Notes: generated by a model not told the origin, from the letters alone. Positions 13,894 through 25,804 are shown, counted from the first letter of the stretch. The stretch: 64,000 nt of DNA from Octopus sinensis (GCF_006345805.1 NC_042998.1:21948001-22012000), one strand, 5' to 3'. A program made the numbers and translations.

Positions 13894-14448
13894 ACATATG
13901 CATGTGTGTGTGTATGTATTTATATATATATGTGTCTGTGTGCATATATATGTATATGCATATGTATATATATATATATGTGTGTATATATATATACACA
14001 CACACACACACACTTATATGTAGATATATGTATGTACATATAAAAGAGAAAGAGGAGCACATGCATATGTGCATATATTTATTAAAAGACAAAAAGCCAA
14101 AAAAGATTTAGGAACTTTATCATGAATAAAAGAAAGGAGAAAATGGAAATTATTTCTTTTATTCGCGATAAAGTTTTCAAAGTACTTCTTTTTGTTTTTT
14201 GACATAAATTTACTCATATGAAACCTCTTAACCCTGTTAATAGACATGTGGTTGCATACACACACACACACACATACTATTCAAAGGAATTCCAACTCTG
14301 TCTGTTTTATATGTTTTATTTATATTCTTTATAATATTAATGTAGAATATAGAATATATAGTATAAACAGTATATATATATATAGTAAAATGAAATGAAG
14401 TACTGATTGTCTTATTGAATAGATGAAATATTGAACATCAAATATTAA

Positions 14449-14492
14449 GGGACAAGTATACTTTCTTGCATTTAAGCAGTCTTCAAGGTCCC
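14449..14492 (-). ncRNA. Type I hammerhead ribozyme-like motif
   Basis: GGGAC-CUUGAAGA-CUGC(UUAAAU)GCAA-GAA-AGUAUACU-U-GUCCC. Confidence 0.65.
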
Positions 14493-14630
14493 AGGTTATG
14501 ACAGGAATGTTTCAACTATATATATATATTATATGTAGAAAAATACAAACTGGGACAAGAACGTAAAACATTTAGAAGACGATACAAAAAACACGGACAG
14601 GACATTCAAAGCCTTCAATCTTCAGTCAAG

Positions 14631-14667
<37 letters not shown>

Positions 14668-14668
<1 letters not shown>

Positions 14669-15720
14669 TGTATGGGGTACGCCAAATATTTGTGAACAAA
14701 CTTCAGCAGACCATAAATGGAAAATACTTCAATATAATATTATGCATGCAACAAATTTCTGACTTTTCTCATTTCTCTCTCAGACATATTGCCAGCATCA
14801 ACATGACAGATTCCAAACAGACTCAGTAAATAAAAGGACTCATAATATTCATGGCTCTAACTATTGAATTTGGTGAATCAGAGATTGTTAGTTTTTACAA
14901 ACATGAGTGTGCCCTTCATGTTTAGGATCAATAAAGAACTGGATGTCTCTGGTAGGGATCAGTTATACAAAGTTGAAGGATAGATGCATTTTCATGGCAT
15001 TAGTATGGCCAAGTTCATCAGGCTATCATCGACAATGATTCCACAGGTTTGTTGAGGTCCATTGTCGAGCAACTCAAGGTCCTGGAGTTTGCTATCAGAT
15101 GCATGATGCACAAGGACATCAGGCAAGCTGGCAGGAATTTTAGCACGCCGGGCAAGATGCTTAGTGGTATTTCATCTGCTGCTATGTTCTGAGTTCAAAT
15201 TCCGCCGAGGTCAACTTTGCCTTTAATCCTTTTGGGGTCGATTAAATAAGTACCAGTTACGCACTGGGGTCGATATAATCGACTTAATCCATTTGTCTGT
15301 CCTTTTTTTTTTTTTTCTGTGTTTAGCCCCTTGTGGGTAGTAAAGAAATAGGTGTGAGTGAGTTCTACTTGAGGAACAAAAGGCAGTTGATGCTCAGGAA
15401 GAACCATGTGACCAGGTGACCCTCAGCATCAAACAATTCCTAGCCCTCCTGATTAAACCCTCCAGAATGCTGCATCTTGGTTGTTGTTTAAGAAGAATGT
15501 CTGCTGGTACCTTGATGTCAAATATTCAGTGGAGATTATAGTCAAGGAAGTGATGGAGATATGGGTGGAATCCAGATAATTTTGGGTAGACAGTTGCTTT
15601 TGTGGTTGCTGTCAGGAATGATGGCTGCTTTATGGAATGGTCTGTGACATTGGGTATGTAGTTAGAATATGCCTTTTTCTAGGAGTGTTTTGTTCCCGAT
15701 TACCTAAGACACACTGCATA
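14668..15720 (+). mobile_element. Possible highly degenerate Tc1-like DNA transposon, interrupted by SINE B
   Basis: TA-flanked with weak terminal similarity; PSPPD*TLQNA resembles the Tc1 SPDLNPIEN motif; weak. Confidence 0.3.
15125..15353 (+). mobile_element. SINE family B
   Basis: Family match. Confidence 0.85.
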
Positions 15721-15839
15721 AATATATTTATAAATATGTATATATATATATATATATATATTTAGGTCACTTTAAATAAAACCCTTGATTGAATAACACT
15801 GTGTATAAACTCTATACTTGGAATGACCAATTTTAATAC

Positions 15840-16125
15840 TATTGGATTTTACTCATAAGGTATTGGAATCTTATATGTATACCATTCTGCCTAAAAAAAA
15901 AAAATGGATCTACAAATACAATATCCCTGCATATCTCGCATCTATTTCCTTTATTTCCTTCACCTCACTCTCTATTTTATATCTTATCAAAATTATATAT
16001 TTCTTAACCATCCTCTCACACCGTCTCTGATGAAGGGATATTATAAATATCCTGGAAACAGCTGTAAGACCTTCTATCTATAAATGTTCTAATATCTACA
16101 CACCCTTGGTTTTTTTATCTCATTA
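15840..16125 (+). mobile_element. Penelope-like terminal remnant containing an HHR
   Basis: Homologous to 53895-54200 (-); the HHR suggests a PLE pLTR (inference). Confidence 0.6.
16023..16070 (+). ncRNA. Type I hammerhead ribozyme motif
   Basis: GUCU-CUGAUGA-AGGGAUAUU(AUA)AAUAUCCUG-GAA-ACAGCUGU-A-AGAC. Confidence 0.75.
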
Positions 16126-16403
16126 TGGGGAAAAAAAAAATTTATATATATATATCTATATATATACATGAGGCTGAGGCTTTTGTGGGTGTGAAACCAT
16201 TGGTCACTTTATGACCGGACATAAACTTAATTACTTTTAATCCATTACTGCTCTGCGCTTTAGCGTATGCTTCATTATCAGATATATGATACATTGACGA
16301 TGTGAATGTGTATGTGTGTGTGTGTGTGTGCACGTGCATATTGGAGTAATGTTAAATGTTAATATGATACCACTCTACTATTAAAAGAAATTATTCATTC
16401 ACG

Positions 16404-16434
<31 letters not shown>

Positions 16435-16538
16435 ACACACACAGTTATTCCAAACATGAACAAAGGGAAAACACAACTCCAGTACGTGGAACAAGTATAG
16501 TGTTATTGGACACTCAGGAAAGGAAAGAAAGAAGGAGG

Positions 16539-16573
16539 ATTTAACGTTTTGAGCGGAGCTCTTCGTCAGAAAC
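16539..16573 (-). ncRNA. Minimal hammerhead motif with G12A substitution
   Basis: GUUU-CUGACGA-A-GAGC(UCC)GCUC-AAA-ACGU-U-AAAU. Confidence 0.65.
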
Positions 16574-16642
16574 ATAGAAAAAGGGAAGTCCAAGGAAGGG
16601 AAGACAGAGAAAGAAAATTGCCAACGATACACATGCGGTCAC

Positions 16643-16679
<37 letters not shown>

Positions 16680-16744
16680 GCACACATGTATGTGTGTGTG
16701 TATGTGTATGTGTGTGTCCATACATGTGTGTATATAATATTAGT

Positions 16745-16928
16745 TTCGCTGGGAAGATATTCAGTCGATTACTTTGACCCCAGAGTTCAACTGATGCTTA
16801 TTTTATCGACCCCGAAAGGACGAAAGGCAAAACTGACCTCGGTGGAATTTTTAAACACAGATCATAAGGACGGCCGAAAATCCTAGCAGCATTTCGTCCC
16901 ATGCGCTGATGTTCCTGCCAGCTCGTCT
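16745..16928 (-). mobile_element. Degenerate SINE family B
   Basis: ATCGACCCCGAAAGGACGAAAGGCAAA domain. Confidence 0.7.
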
Positions 16929-16929
16929 A

Positions 16930-16970
<41 letters not shown>

Positions 16971-17293
16971 TAGAGCACTGTTAATATGTTAATTGTTAAT
17001 ATGATGCCACTCTACTGTTAAAAGAAATTATTCATCAGCATGTGTGTGTGTGTGTGTCTGTGTATGTGTGTATGTGTGTGTGTGTGTGTATGTGTTTGTG
17101 TGTATGTATTTGTGTGTATGTGTTTGTGTGTCTGTGTTTGTGTGTATGTGTTTCTGTTTGTATGTGTGTGTGTTTGTGTGTATGTGTTTGTGTCTGTGTG
17201 TTTGTATGTGCATGTGTATGTGTGTTGTGTGACAATTACAATGCTTTCTGATTGCAGTTTCCGGTTTTACTCGTATATTGTCTTTTTTTTTAG

Positions 17294-17401
17294 TCATCGT
17301 TTGTCCATTGTGTCGGTGATACTCGTCGTATCACTGGTACTGTCAGTGAAATACTATCACGGAATTTAAAAGTTTGTGAATCTAAATGTACAGAAACTAT
17401 G
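17294..17401 (+). CDS. Candidate 108-nt exon (SSFVHCVGDTRRITGTVSEILSRNLKVCESKCTETM)
   Basis: TCTTTTTTTTTAG acceptor, ATG|GTGAGT donor, open phase-0 frame, non-repetitive; no family recognised. Confidence 0.4.
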
Positions 17402-17546
17402 GTGAGTCTGGTTCCCTTGGCTGATGAAATGCTTCCCATCTTTGTTAGAGTTCTTTCTGCTTTGCTGTTAATCATTTATGTATTCCATGGTGCTATATGC
17501 TGTATACACACACACACAGCCATCATGTATGGTATGTATATTATAT

Positions 17547-17617
<71 letters not shown>

Positions 17618-18240
17618 TATGCATAATAGAATTTAGATGCTTATATGTGTGTGTGTATAATTGTATGTATATTATATTTTCGTATATATATATATATATA
17701 TATATTATATACACACACACACACATATATATATGTTTATTTATATATACATATATATATATACATATATATGCACACACACATTAGTGTTTGTTTTTAT
17801 GTTCAGTTTTAAGCCATCATTGGACTGCATTGATTTTTCTCAACTTGATAGGTCTTCTCAAGCACATATGTATATATTATATTTGTGTGTGTGTATGTAT
17901 ATAGATATATATATATATACATACATGTATGTATATATTGTGTTTGTGTGACATATATATGTTTATATATATGTACGTATATATTAGGTTTGTGTTTATA
18001 TATACATAAGTTTGTATATATTGTTTGTGTGTATATATGTTTGTGTGTATATATGTTTGCGTGTGTATATATATGTATGTATATATTGTTTGTGTGTATA
18101 TATGTTTGTGTGTATATATTGTTTGTGTATATATCTTCGCGTGTGTATATATATGTATGTATATATTATGTTTCTGTGTTTATGTTTATATATATTCCAG
18201 TGAGGACAAAGCACGTTGAATAATGATAATGATATATATG

Positions 18241-18284
<44 letters not shown>

Positions 18285-18453
18285 CATAATACAAGCTATG
18301 TTTTCTTGAAGAACGTCTTCTTATTGCAGTCCTCCAAAATTGCATGTAGATGAATTAATTGAGTGAAGCATGCATAAGACTTGAAAGATACCGGAAAAGA
18401 GTTTTTGCAGAGTAATCGCATATCGAAATAGGAGACTGGAAAAAAATTTTTTA

Positions 18454-18720
18454 GTATTATTTATTCACCATTACATGTGTTTCATTTGCTAATAGGAGTT
18501 ACAAAGTTGTACGTGTAGTAGAAACATGTAAGATATCTCTTATTAGAAATTCTTCAAACAGAGAACGAAAGAATTTTATTTTATCATTGTTATTATTATA
18601 TCATTTGATTTTCTGTCTGAAGAATTTATAATAGAAGATAATCTTACATGTCTTTCTACATGTACCACTTAGTAATTCTTGTTAGGAAACGAAACATATG
18701 TAATGGCAAATAAATAATAC
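18454..18720. repeat. Inverted repeat (~115 bp arms) with HHR motifs at 18468-18561 (-) and 18613-18706 (+)
   Basis: Arms are imperfect reverse complements; CUGAAGA...GAA-ACAUAUGU-A-AUGG. Confidence 0.85.
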
Positions 18721-19089
18721 CAAACATGCATTTCAATCTCCCCTTTTCATATATTTCACCCCCTTCCCCTCTCCTTTATTCTTAACAACGTCAGACAATT
18801 GCCCACTCACAAATTTTTGACCTTTTCCTTCTTTTTTCCTTACTGATCATTTTATTTCTTCATACGTTTGTCTTTCTATTTTGTTTTGTTTTTTATTCCA
18901 TTCTTCTAGTTTCACCACTCATTTTGAATTATATCTCTGTAGAGTTAACTTGGGATTCCTTAACAACAATGTAACTGTCATATAACTAAGGTATACTCAG
19001 TCTTATGAATGGCGTATTTTTGAGGATCTGCTTGAAACATATGTAGGCTGGATTTTACCTGCTCCATTCTCTCAATTTGGCGTCACATT

Positions 19090-19124
<35 letters not shown>

Positions 19125-19336
19125 TTTTAATTAGCAGAAAAATTACAAGAGTGTCTTGTGTGAGAGTTTTGTGCAGGGATTGCCCAAAAACTCTGGGTCC
19201 CTGAGTCACTCCTGTAGCTTTTTGGCCAATTAAAATAATTTGTACTCATTGATTGAGTTCTATTTTACCTGTTTGTTCCATGAATCTTACATATATGCTT
19301 GTGTGTGTGTATATATATCTATATACATAAACATAT

Positions 19337-19382
<46 letters not shown>

Positions 19383-19689
19383 TACATACATATATGCATA
19401 TGTATGTGCGTATGTATATATGTATGCATGTGTATTTGTGTGTCTATCTTTATAAGATCATAATACCGTTAGAGTAATTGACTCGAATTTATAAGCAATA
19501 TTTCAAACTCACCATGCTAATTAACTATCAGGCTTGATTAACAAATTTGAATCTTAAGTCTTGTAAATCATGTCTAAGTGTACAGTTACCACTTTATTTT
19601 TTTCTTAAACATGGTCGGGTTTCTCGTTTGCCATTTTTCTTCTCTTTTACTGTCTTCATTCATTGGAATGTCTTCAAGAGTTTTAGCTG

Positions 19690-19960
19690 ATTACATTAGC
19701 CTAATTACTTTGCTTAATACTTATTTTTTTCCATTATTCTTGTAAAACCATCATCATGAGTACTGAAGTTCTAATGCTCACTTTTCCATGCTTACATAGG
19801 ATAAAACTCCCTCTCAAGTCGTAGACTCAGAAGGCTGGTTTCTACTTCTTTTTGTTTGATGAAACCTCGTGAATGCAGCAAGTGAGCCATGAACCAGGAC
19901 AAGTTGTAATCTGAGGGAGCTAGACCCTGGCTATATGCTGCATGTGGCATCAGTTTGATA
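19690..19960 (-). pseudogene. Mariner transposase C-terminal fragment
   Basis: PHAAYSQGLAPSDYNL resembles the YSPDLAPSD motif. Confidence 0.8.
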
Positions 19961-19974
19961 TATGTATATATATA

Positions 19975-20095
19975 TAGAAACACTGCCAGATCAGACTGGG
20001 CCTGATGCAGCCTTCTGGCTTCACAGACCCCAGTTGAACCGTCCAACCCATGCTAGCATGGAAAGCGGACGTTAAACAATGATGATGATGATGAT
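19975..20095 (+). mobile_element. RTE-3'-end short element (family C) with (GAT)n tail
   Basis: Matches the 3' terminus of the LINE at 11378-11520. Confidence 0.85.
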
Positions 20096-20183
20096 ATATA
20101 TATATGTATATATTGTGTTTGTGTGACATATATATGTATGTATATATTTGTGTGTGTATATATATGTTTATATATATTATGTT

Positions 20184-20230
<47 letters not shown>

Positions 20231-20399
20231 ATATGTTCGCATGTGTATATATATGTATGTATATATTATGTTTCTGTGTTTCTGTTTGTGTCTATATATA
20301 TGCCAACGAGGACAACGTACATTGAATGATGATACTGATGATGATATATATATATATATGTATAGTTAAGTTAATGTTTTGGTTCAAAAAGCAAAAAGC

Positions 20400-20710
20400 A
20401 AGGCCATGTAGGGGGACATGGAGTTATGTACAGGGAGGGTGTTCATGCAAAGAGTTCAGGCCATTTCTGGTCAAGAGAGACTTTGAACTGAGCGGTCATC
20501 AGCATCTTCACTATCTCGTCCGGCAGCTTATTCCACAGATCCGCAACCCAGATAGAGAAAGCCCTTCTCCGATTGAGATGAAATCGTCGCAGATAGAGCT
20601 TTTCGGAGTGACCTCGCAGCCGACGCTCTGGAGCAGGAGTGAAGAACAGCTCTTTCGAGAGGTTACACTTTCCGCTTATGATGTTGTGAGCAAGAATGAG
20701 ATCACCATGG
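20400..20710 (-). mobile_element. CR1/L2-type LINE 3' fragment
   Basis: DLILAHNIISG..FF..LRGHSEKL..FSIWVADLWNKLPDEIV..FKVSLD. Confidence 0.85.
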
Positions 20711-20779
20711 TGTCGTATATATATATAACATATATATATATGCTGGGTGTGGCATACATGGCTATATGCTGGGTGTGGC

Positions 20780-20962
20780 ATAAACTTTCTGGAGTTTATT
20801 CTAGGTTGTCCAAGCAGTGCGAGGTCTTATGCTGTCTTGCTGTAGAAGATCTCTTGCTTTTTGTTAACCAATGCCAGGTACATCTGCTCCAGCTGTTTCG
20901 AGTACAGGTTGGCATCGATGGTTCAATCATCCAGAATAAACTTGTAGTGAATTATCCCCTAA
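20780..20962 (-). pseudogene. Mariner transposase central fragment
   Basis: GIIHYKFILDD*TIDANLYSKQLEQM; LQQDSIRPRT resembles QDNARPHT. Confidence 0.75.
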
Positions 20963-20967
20963 TACAT

Positions 20968-21144
20968 ATGTCTAGTTTACATAAGTTTTGAATTAAAATC
21001 TTCCACCAAACCTTAGTCACAATTTATGTTCCTAACACTAGCTGAATAATAACTAAGTTATTTTACTAAATTCTTTGTTATATTTAAAATTAATTGAAAG
21101 AAACACAGAGTATCTCAATAGGAATATGGTAACAAAACAGTTAA
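20968..21144 (-). mobile_element. piggyBac-like MITE, partial
   Basis: Reverse complement of the 9549-9778 unit. Confidence 0.75.
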
Positions 21145-22077
21145 ACAGGGACTAAATCCAATGTATTTCTTCCAAGTCTTTGTATTTTCTTCATCTTACT
21201 TTTACAGACATTTTGCTGACCTAAATCTTTGCTGCTACAGCTCTGTTCAGTTCATGTTAATTATTAGGATATTTTGAAGGTGGCCATAACCAACCTTCAG
21301 CATGCAACAATACTAATCACCAGTACTCCATATTTTGACATTTAATCCAATATCATCAACACCACACAGACACACACACACACATGTGCACATGTAGACA
21401 CACACACATGTGCACATGTAGACACACACACATGTGCACATGTAGACACACACACACACACACGTGTGTGTGTGTGCATACACATTTAAAATTTCTGGTG
21501 GGGGATTGGGGGGTAGAGCAAAGCGCAGGAGAAACATCAGTAGATGGAGACTTTCAGCAATTACAACAACTAGAACAAATAAATCCTTTCTTGGCCTTAT
21601 TTGTGCCGAGACAAAATTGCTTGCTAACCACTATAATTGTTGCTCTACTAGCTATCATCTCTGACATCAATTATGTCCCCTTACCCTTACTCTTCTTCAC
21701 TTAAGATCACAAACTTGCTGCTGCCTACTTGACCAAATTTGTATTGTAATCCATTTGACTTGTAAATGCCATCTTTAGTGACTCACACACAGCTGTAAAT
21801 AATTACATCTACTTGCATCACTTTCAAGAATTTTCATTTCATTTTAAATTCTCTACGTCATCTCATTAACAGCTGTTAATTTTATTTAACTAGGATTTTT
21901 CTAATTAAAATTTTTTTTTATTCACTTGATTAATACTTAGTTGTAGTGAAAGCTAAAAAAAGAAATAATTAACAAAACTCTGCCAGTAGCAACTACTAAA
22001 TAAATTTGTTCTAAAGAGATTTTCTTCCTAATAATGTTAATCCTTTTTACGATAAGCACAATGTTTGAAATTCTAGT

Positions 22078-22979
22078 GGAGGGGGGCTAATCAATTACAA
22101 TAACCCCAGTGCATAACTGGTACTTATTTTATTGAGAGGCAAAGTCGACCTTGCTGGAATTTGAACTCAGAATGCAAAGACTAACACAATGCTGGTAAGC
22201 ATTTTGTCTGGTGTGCAAACAGTTCTGCTTGTTCACCACCTTAACGATAACAATAATAATAATAATGATATTTGTTTCAAATTTTTGGCACAAGGCCAGC
22301 AATTTTGAGGCGAGGGGTAAGTCAATTACACCAACCCCTGTGTTCAACTGTGGCTTATTTTATCGACCCTTAAAAGGATAAAAGGCGAAATCGAATTTAG
22401 AGGTTTTTGAACTAACAATGTAATGGGTTAGAAGAAATGCCACTGAGCATTTTGTGCAGGGTATTAACGATTCAGTCAGTTCAGTTCCTTAATAATAATA
22501 ATAATAATAATAATAAAAGATGGGCTACAGCAAATATTCTGCCCAATACCACAGATTTGCTTGTCAGTTGTTTGACCATAACCAGTTGACCATGTCCCTT
22601 AGTGGCTGACGATATGTGCATCTCTGATCATGAGCTGAAGTAGTGGGGGAGCATCATAGCCGTGTGTTGAAAGGAATTCTTGGAGGTTTGGATAATTTAC
22701 TTTTGGAAACATGGGTGGTTCGTTCAACATCCTTAAACAATTCTTATTCAGGGACCTATTAAGTGGGATGGGCTACTCGACCTGAAGAAAATTCTAACTG
22801 GGCCTCACCTGCAAGGTCATGTGCTTTTTATCTTGATAAGAGATCACCATGTCGCGCACATATGGTTGTGATGCATGTGCCTGGTGTACCCTTATCAGAC
22901 GGGTAGTCATGATGGGTATACTGGGCTTCGTATATTTTACCCCAGTGTCACTTTGATGGCATGCACTGCTCTCTCACTC

Positions 22980-23026
<47 letters not shown>

Positions 23027-23585
23027 TAATAATTGAATACTTTGGATGGTGCTTGAAAAATAAGGGGTGTTACCTTAGTTTTCTGGTAGTGAACAGCTCC
23101 AGTGTTAGAAGCTGTGCAAAGACAATAAATAATAATAATAATAATCCTTTCTACTATAGGCACAGGGCCTGAAATGTTGGGGGAGGGGACTAGTCGATTA
23201 TATTGACCCCCAGTGTTTCACTGGTACTTAATTTATTGACCCTGAAAGGATGAAAGGTAAAGTCAATCTCAGTGGAATTTGAACTTAGAACATAGTGGCA
23301 GTCGAAATACCGCTAAGCATTTCATCCGGCGTGCTAACAATTCTGCTAGTTTGCTGCCTTAATGATGATAATGGTTTCCAATTTTGGAATAGGACCAGCA
23401 GTTTTTGAAGGTAGGGAAAAGTTGATTTCATTGATCTTCCAGTAATTGACGGGTGTTTATTTTATTGACCCCCAAAGGATGAAAGGCAAAGTTGACCTCA
23501 GTGTAAATTAACTCAGAATGTAAAGACAGATGAAATATCTCCAAACATTTTGTTTGTTGTGGTAATGATGCAAGCAGCTCACTAG
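22078..23585 (-). mobile_element. Cluster of degenerate SINE B-variant copies (22078-22243, 22283-22490, 23150-23360, 23388-23585) among (AAT)n tracts
   Basis: Repeated GAAAGGCAAAGTCGACC..GGAATTTGAACTCAG motifs. Confidence 0.75.
22517..22980 (+). mobile_element. Unclassified ~460 bp insertion within (AAT)n
   Basis: Higher-GC block bounded on both sides by AAT repeats; retroposon origin is inferred. Confidence 0.4.
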
Positions 23586-23651
23586 TTTAATAATAATAAT
23601 AATATTGATAATGATGATGATAATAATAATAATAATAAATAATAATAATAA

Positions 23652-24205
23652 TGATAATGTGTTGATTCTTTGGGACTTCCCCGTACATACCGACAAAACT
23701 ATCAAAGCTAATAAACTGGATATTATTATAAAAGATCAGACAAAAAAGGTGTGTTTATCAATTGACATGAGTATCCCTTGCGATCACAATATAGCGGCGA
23801 AAGAATTTGACAAGATCAGTTAATATAAAGATTTGCTAATAGAAATTGAAAAAATATGGCATCTCAAGGCGACTACAGTACCAGTGATTGTAGGATCTCT
23901 AGGAATGATAAAAAAGGTATCGAAACCTATTTGAAAATGATACCAGGCTTACCGTCCCTACAGGAAGTGCAAAAAATCGTATTAACTGGAACGGCTCATG
24001 TACTGAGAAGAGCATTATCACTGTGAAAACAACATCCATCCATGAATTTATTTTATTTATTAATTTTTTTATATACATATTTTACCTGTGAATTTGCGTG
24101 TGTAATCTGGGAATGCATACAATGAGCTTCTCTGCCCTAGGTGTATGGAAAACACTCGGCGAGAAACGGAAGAAAATTTGAAGAAAGAAGGAAAAAAATA
24201 CAATG
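23652..24205 (+). mobile_element. R4/Dong-type non-LTR retrotransposon 3' end (restriction-like endonuclease)
   Basis: ILWDFPVHTDKTIKANKLDIIIKD..CLSIDMSIP..KE..YKDL..VPVIVGSLG..GTAHVLRRAL*; embedded in (TAA)n. Confidence 0.85.
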
Positions 24206-24619
24206 ATAATAATAATAATAATTATAATAATAATAATAATAATAATTATGATTTCTTTTGTTGGTCACAAGGGCCCAAACATGGGAGACAATATCAAAGG
24301 ATGAATTACACAGAGTAAAAGAAATACTGGAAGCGACTAACGATGAATGTTTTGAAAATATTCTTTTTCTTTTGAATTTTAATTAAAATATCAAATGATC
24401 GTTTGATGCTGTTGGTTGTTGTTGTTGAAAGTTAATGAATAAATTATTAAAGATGATTGAGCGTTAAAAAGGTTGATGAACTCCATTGCACAAGAGATGA
24501 GAAACAGAATTTCAGGGGACCTCATGAGGATGATAAAGCAGGAAACTCAAAAAGCCTAGATGTGACTTGACTAAATGCTTGAAGATAAAATAAATTGCAT
24601 GACATTACTAAAAATGGTT

Positions 24620-24836
24620 ACTCTTTTACTTGTTTCAGTCATGTGACTGTGGCCATGCTGGAGCACTGCCTTTAGTCGAGCAAATCAACCCAAGGACTTT
24701 TTCTTTGTAAGCCTGGTACTTATTCTATCGGTCTCTTTGCTAAGCCACTAGGTTACAGGGATGTAAACACACCAGCATCGGTTGTCGAGCGATGTTGGGG
24801 GCACAAACACAGACACACAAACATATATACATACAT
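24620..24836 (-). mobile_element. SINE family A, 3' half
   Basis: Family match. Confidence 0.85.
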
Positions 24837-25260
24837 ACTGACAAAACTTCATGCTAAATTAATCTAATGGGGTTTTTTTGCGTGTTTTTAAATGGCTGCA
24901 ATTGTTTTTGTTTCAGCACACAATCTCAAATCAAGTCACTTGCTATGCAAGTACATCTCCATAGTTGTACATATGTAATGACTAGAAATGTAGGTGTATG
25001 AGAAAATAAAAAGAGAGATGAATGATATATTCTTTCTATTATAAGCACAGAGCCTGAAATTTTTGGTGGGAGACTGGTCAACTATACTAACCCCATTGCT
25101 CAATTGGTGCTTATTTTATTAAGCCTTAAAGGACGAACAGTGAAGTTGACCTTGGCAGCATTTGAACTCAGAATATAAAGCCCGAAGAAATGTTATTTGG
25201 CATTTTGTCTGGTGTACTAAGAATTCTGCCTGCTCACTACCTTAGAAATAAATATCATAT

Positions 25261-25804
25261 TGAACAGAAATAGGTAATTTGAAATATGTTTGTCAGGTAT
25301 TTCAACTGCTAAAGGCAAATACACTGCAGTTACTGTGGAGAATATATCTTTCTTATGGTAAAACAAGGTGTGAAAATATCCTGTTTGTTCAGTGTTGCCA
25401 TCTATTAGAAATTGCAGACATTGATGTGTCAAGCTTCTTGGCTCTTGTTGAAGAGATGTACCTAAGAAAGACAACTCTGAACAAACTTATAAAGCCATAG
25501 CTTTATGTATATGTTATTTTTTTTCAATCGAGCGATCTAGTGTTGACTGAATCATACATAAAGCTATGGCATACATAAAGCTATGGCTCATTCAGAGTTA
25601 CCTCTCTTAGAAACATCTCATTGACAAAAGCCAAGAAGCTTGAAACATTGATGTCTTGGATTCCTAATAGATGGCACCACTGAATAAACCAGGTGTTTTC
25701 ACACCTTTTTTAACCATAAGCGAAATATGTTCTCCACAGTGTAGTTGCCTTTTAGCAGTTGAAATATGTGACAAACATATTTCAACTAACCGAAATTCTG
25801 TTCA
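25261..25804. repeat. Inverted repeat (~250 bp arms) with decayed HHR-like motifs
   Basis: 25261-25512 is the reverse complement of 25553-25804; motifs at 25412-25456 (-) and 25616-25660 (+). Confidence 0.9.

Noticed and set aside
14595-14630. CUGAAGA on the - strand (related copy near 39027)
   Set aside because: No GAAA at the right spacing and no convincing stems I or III.
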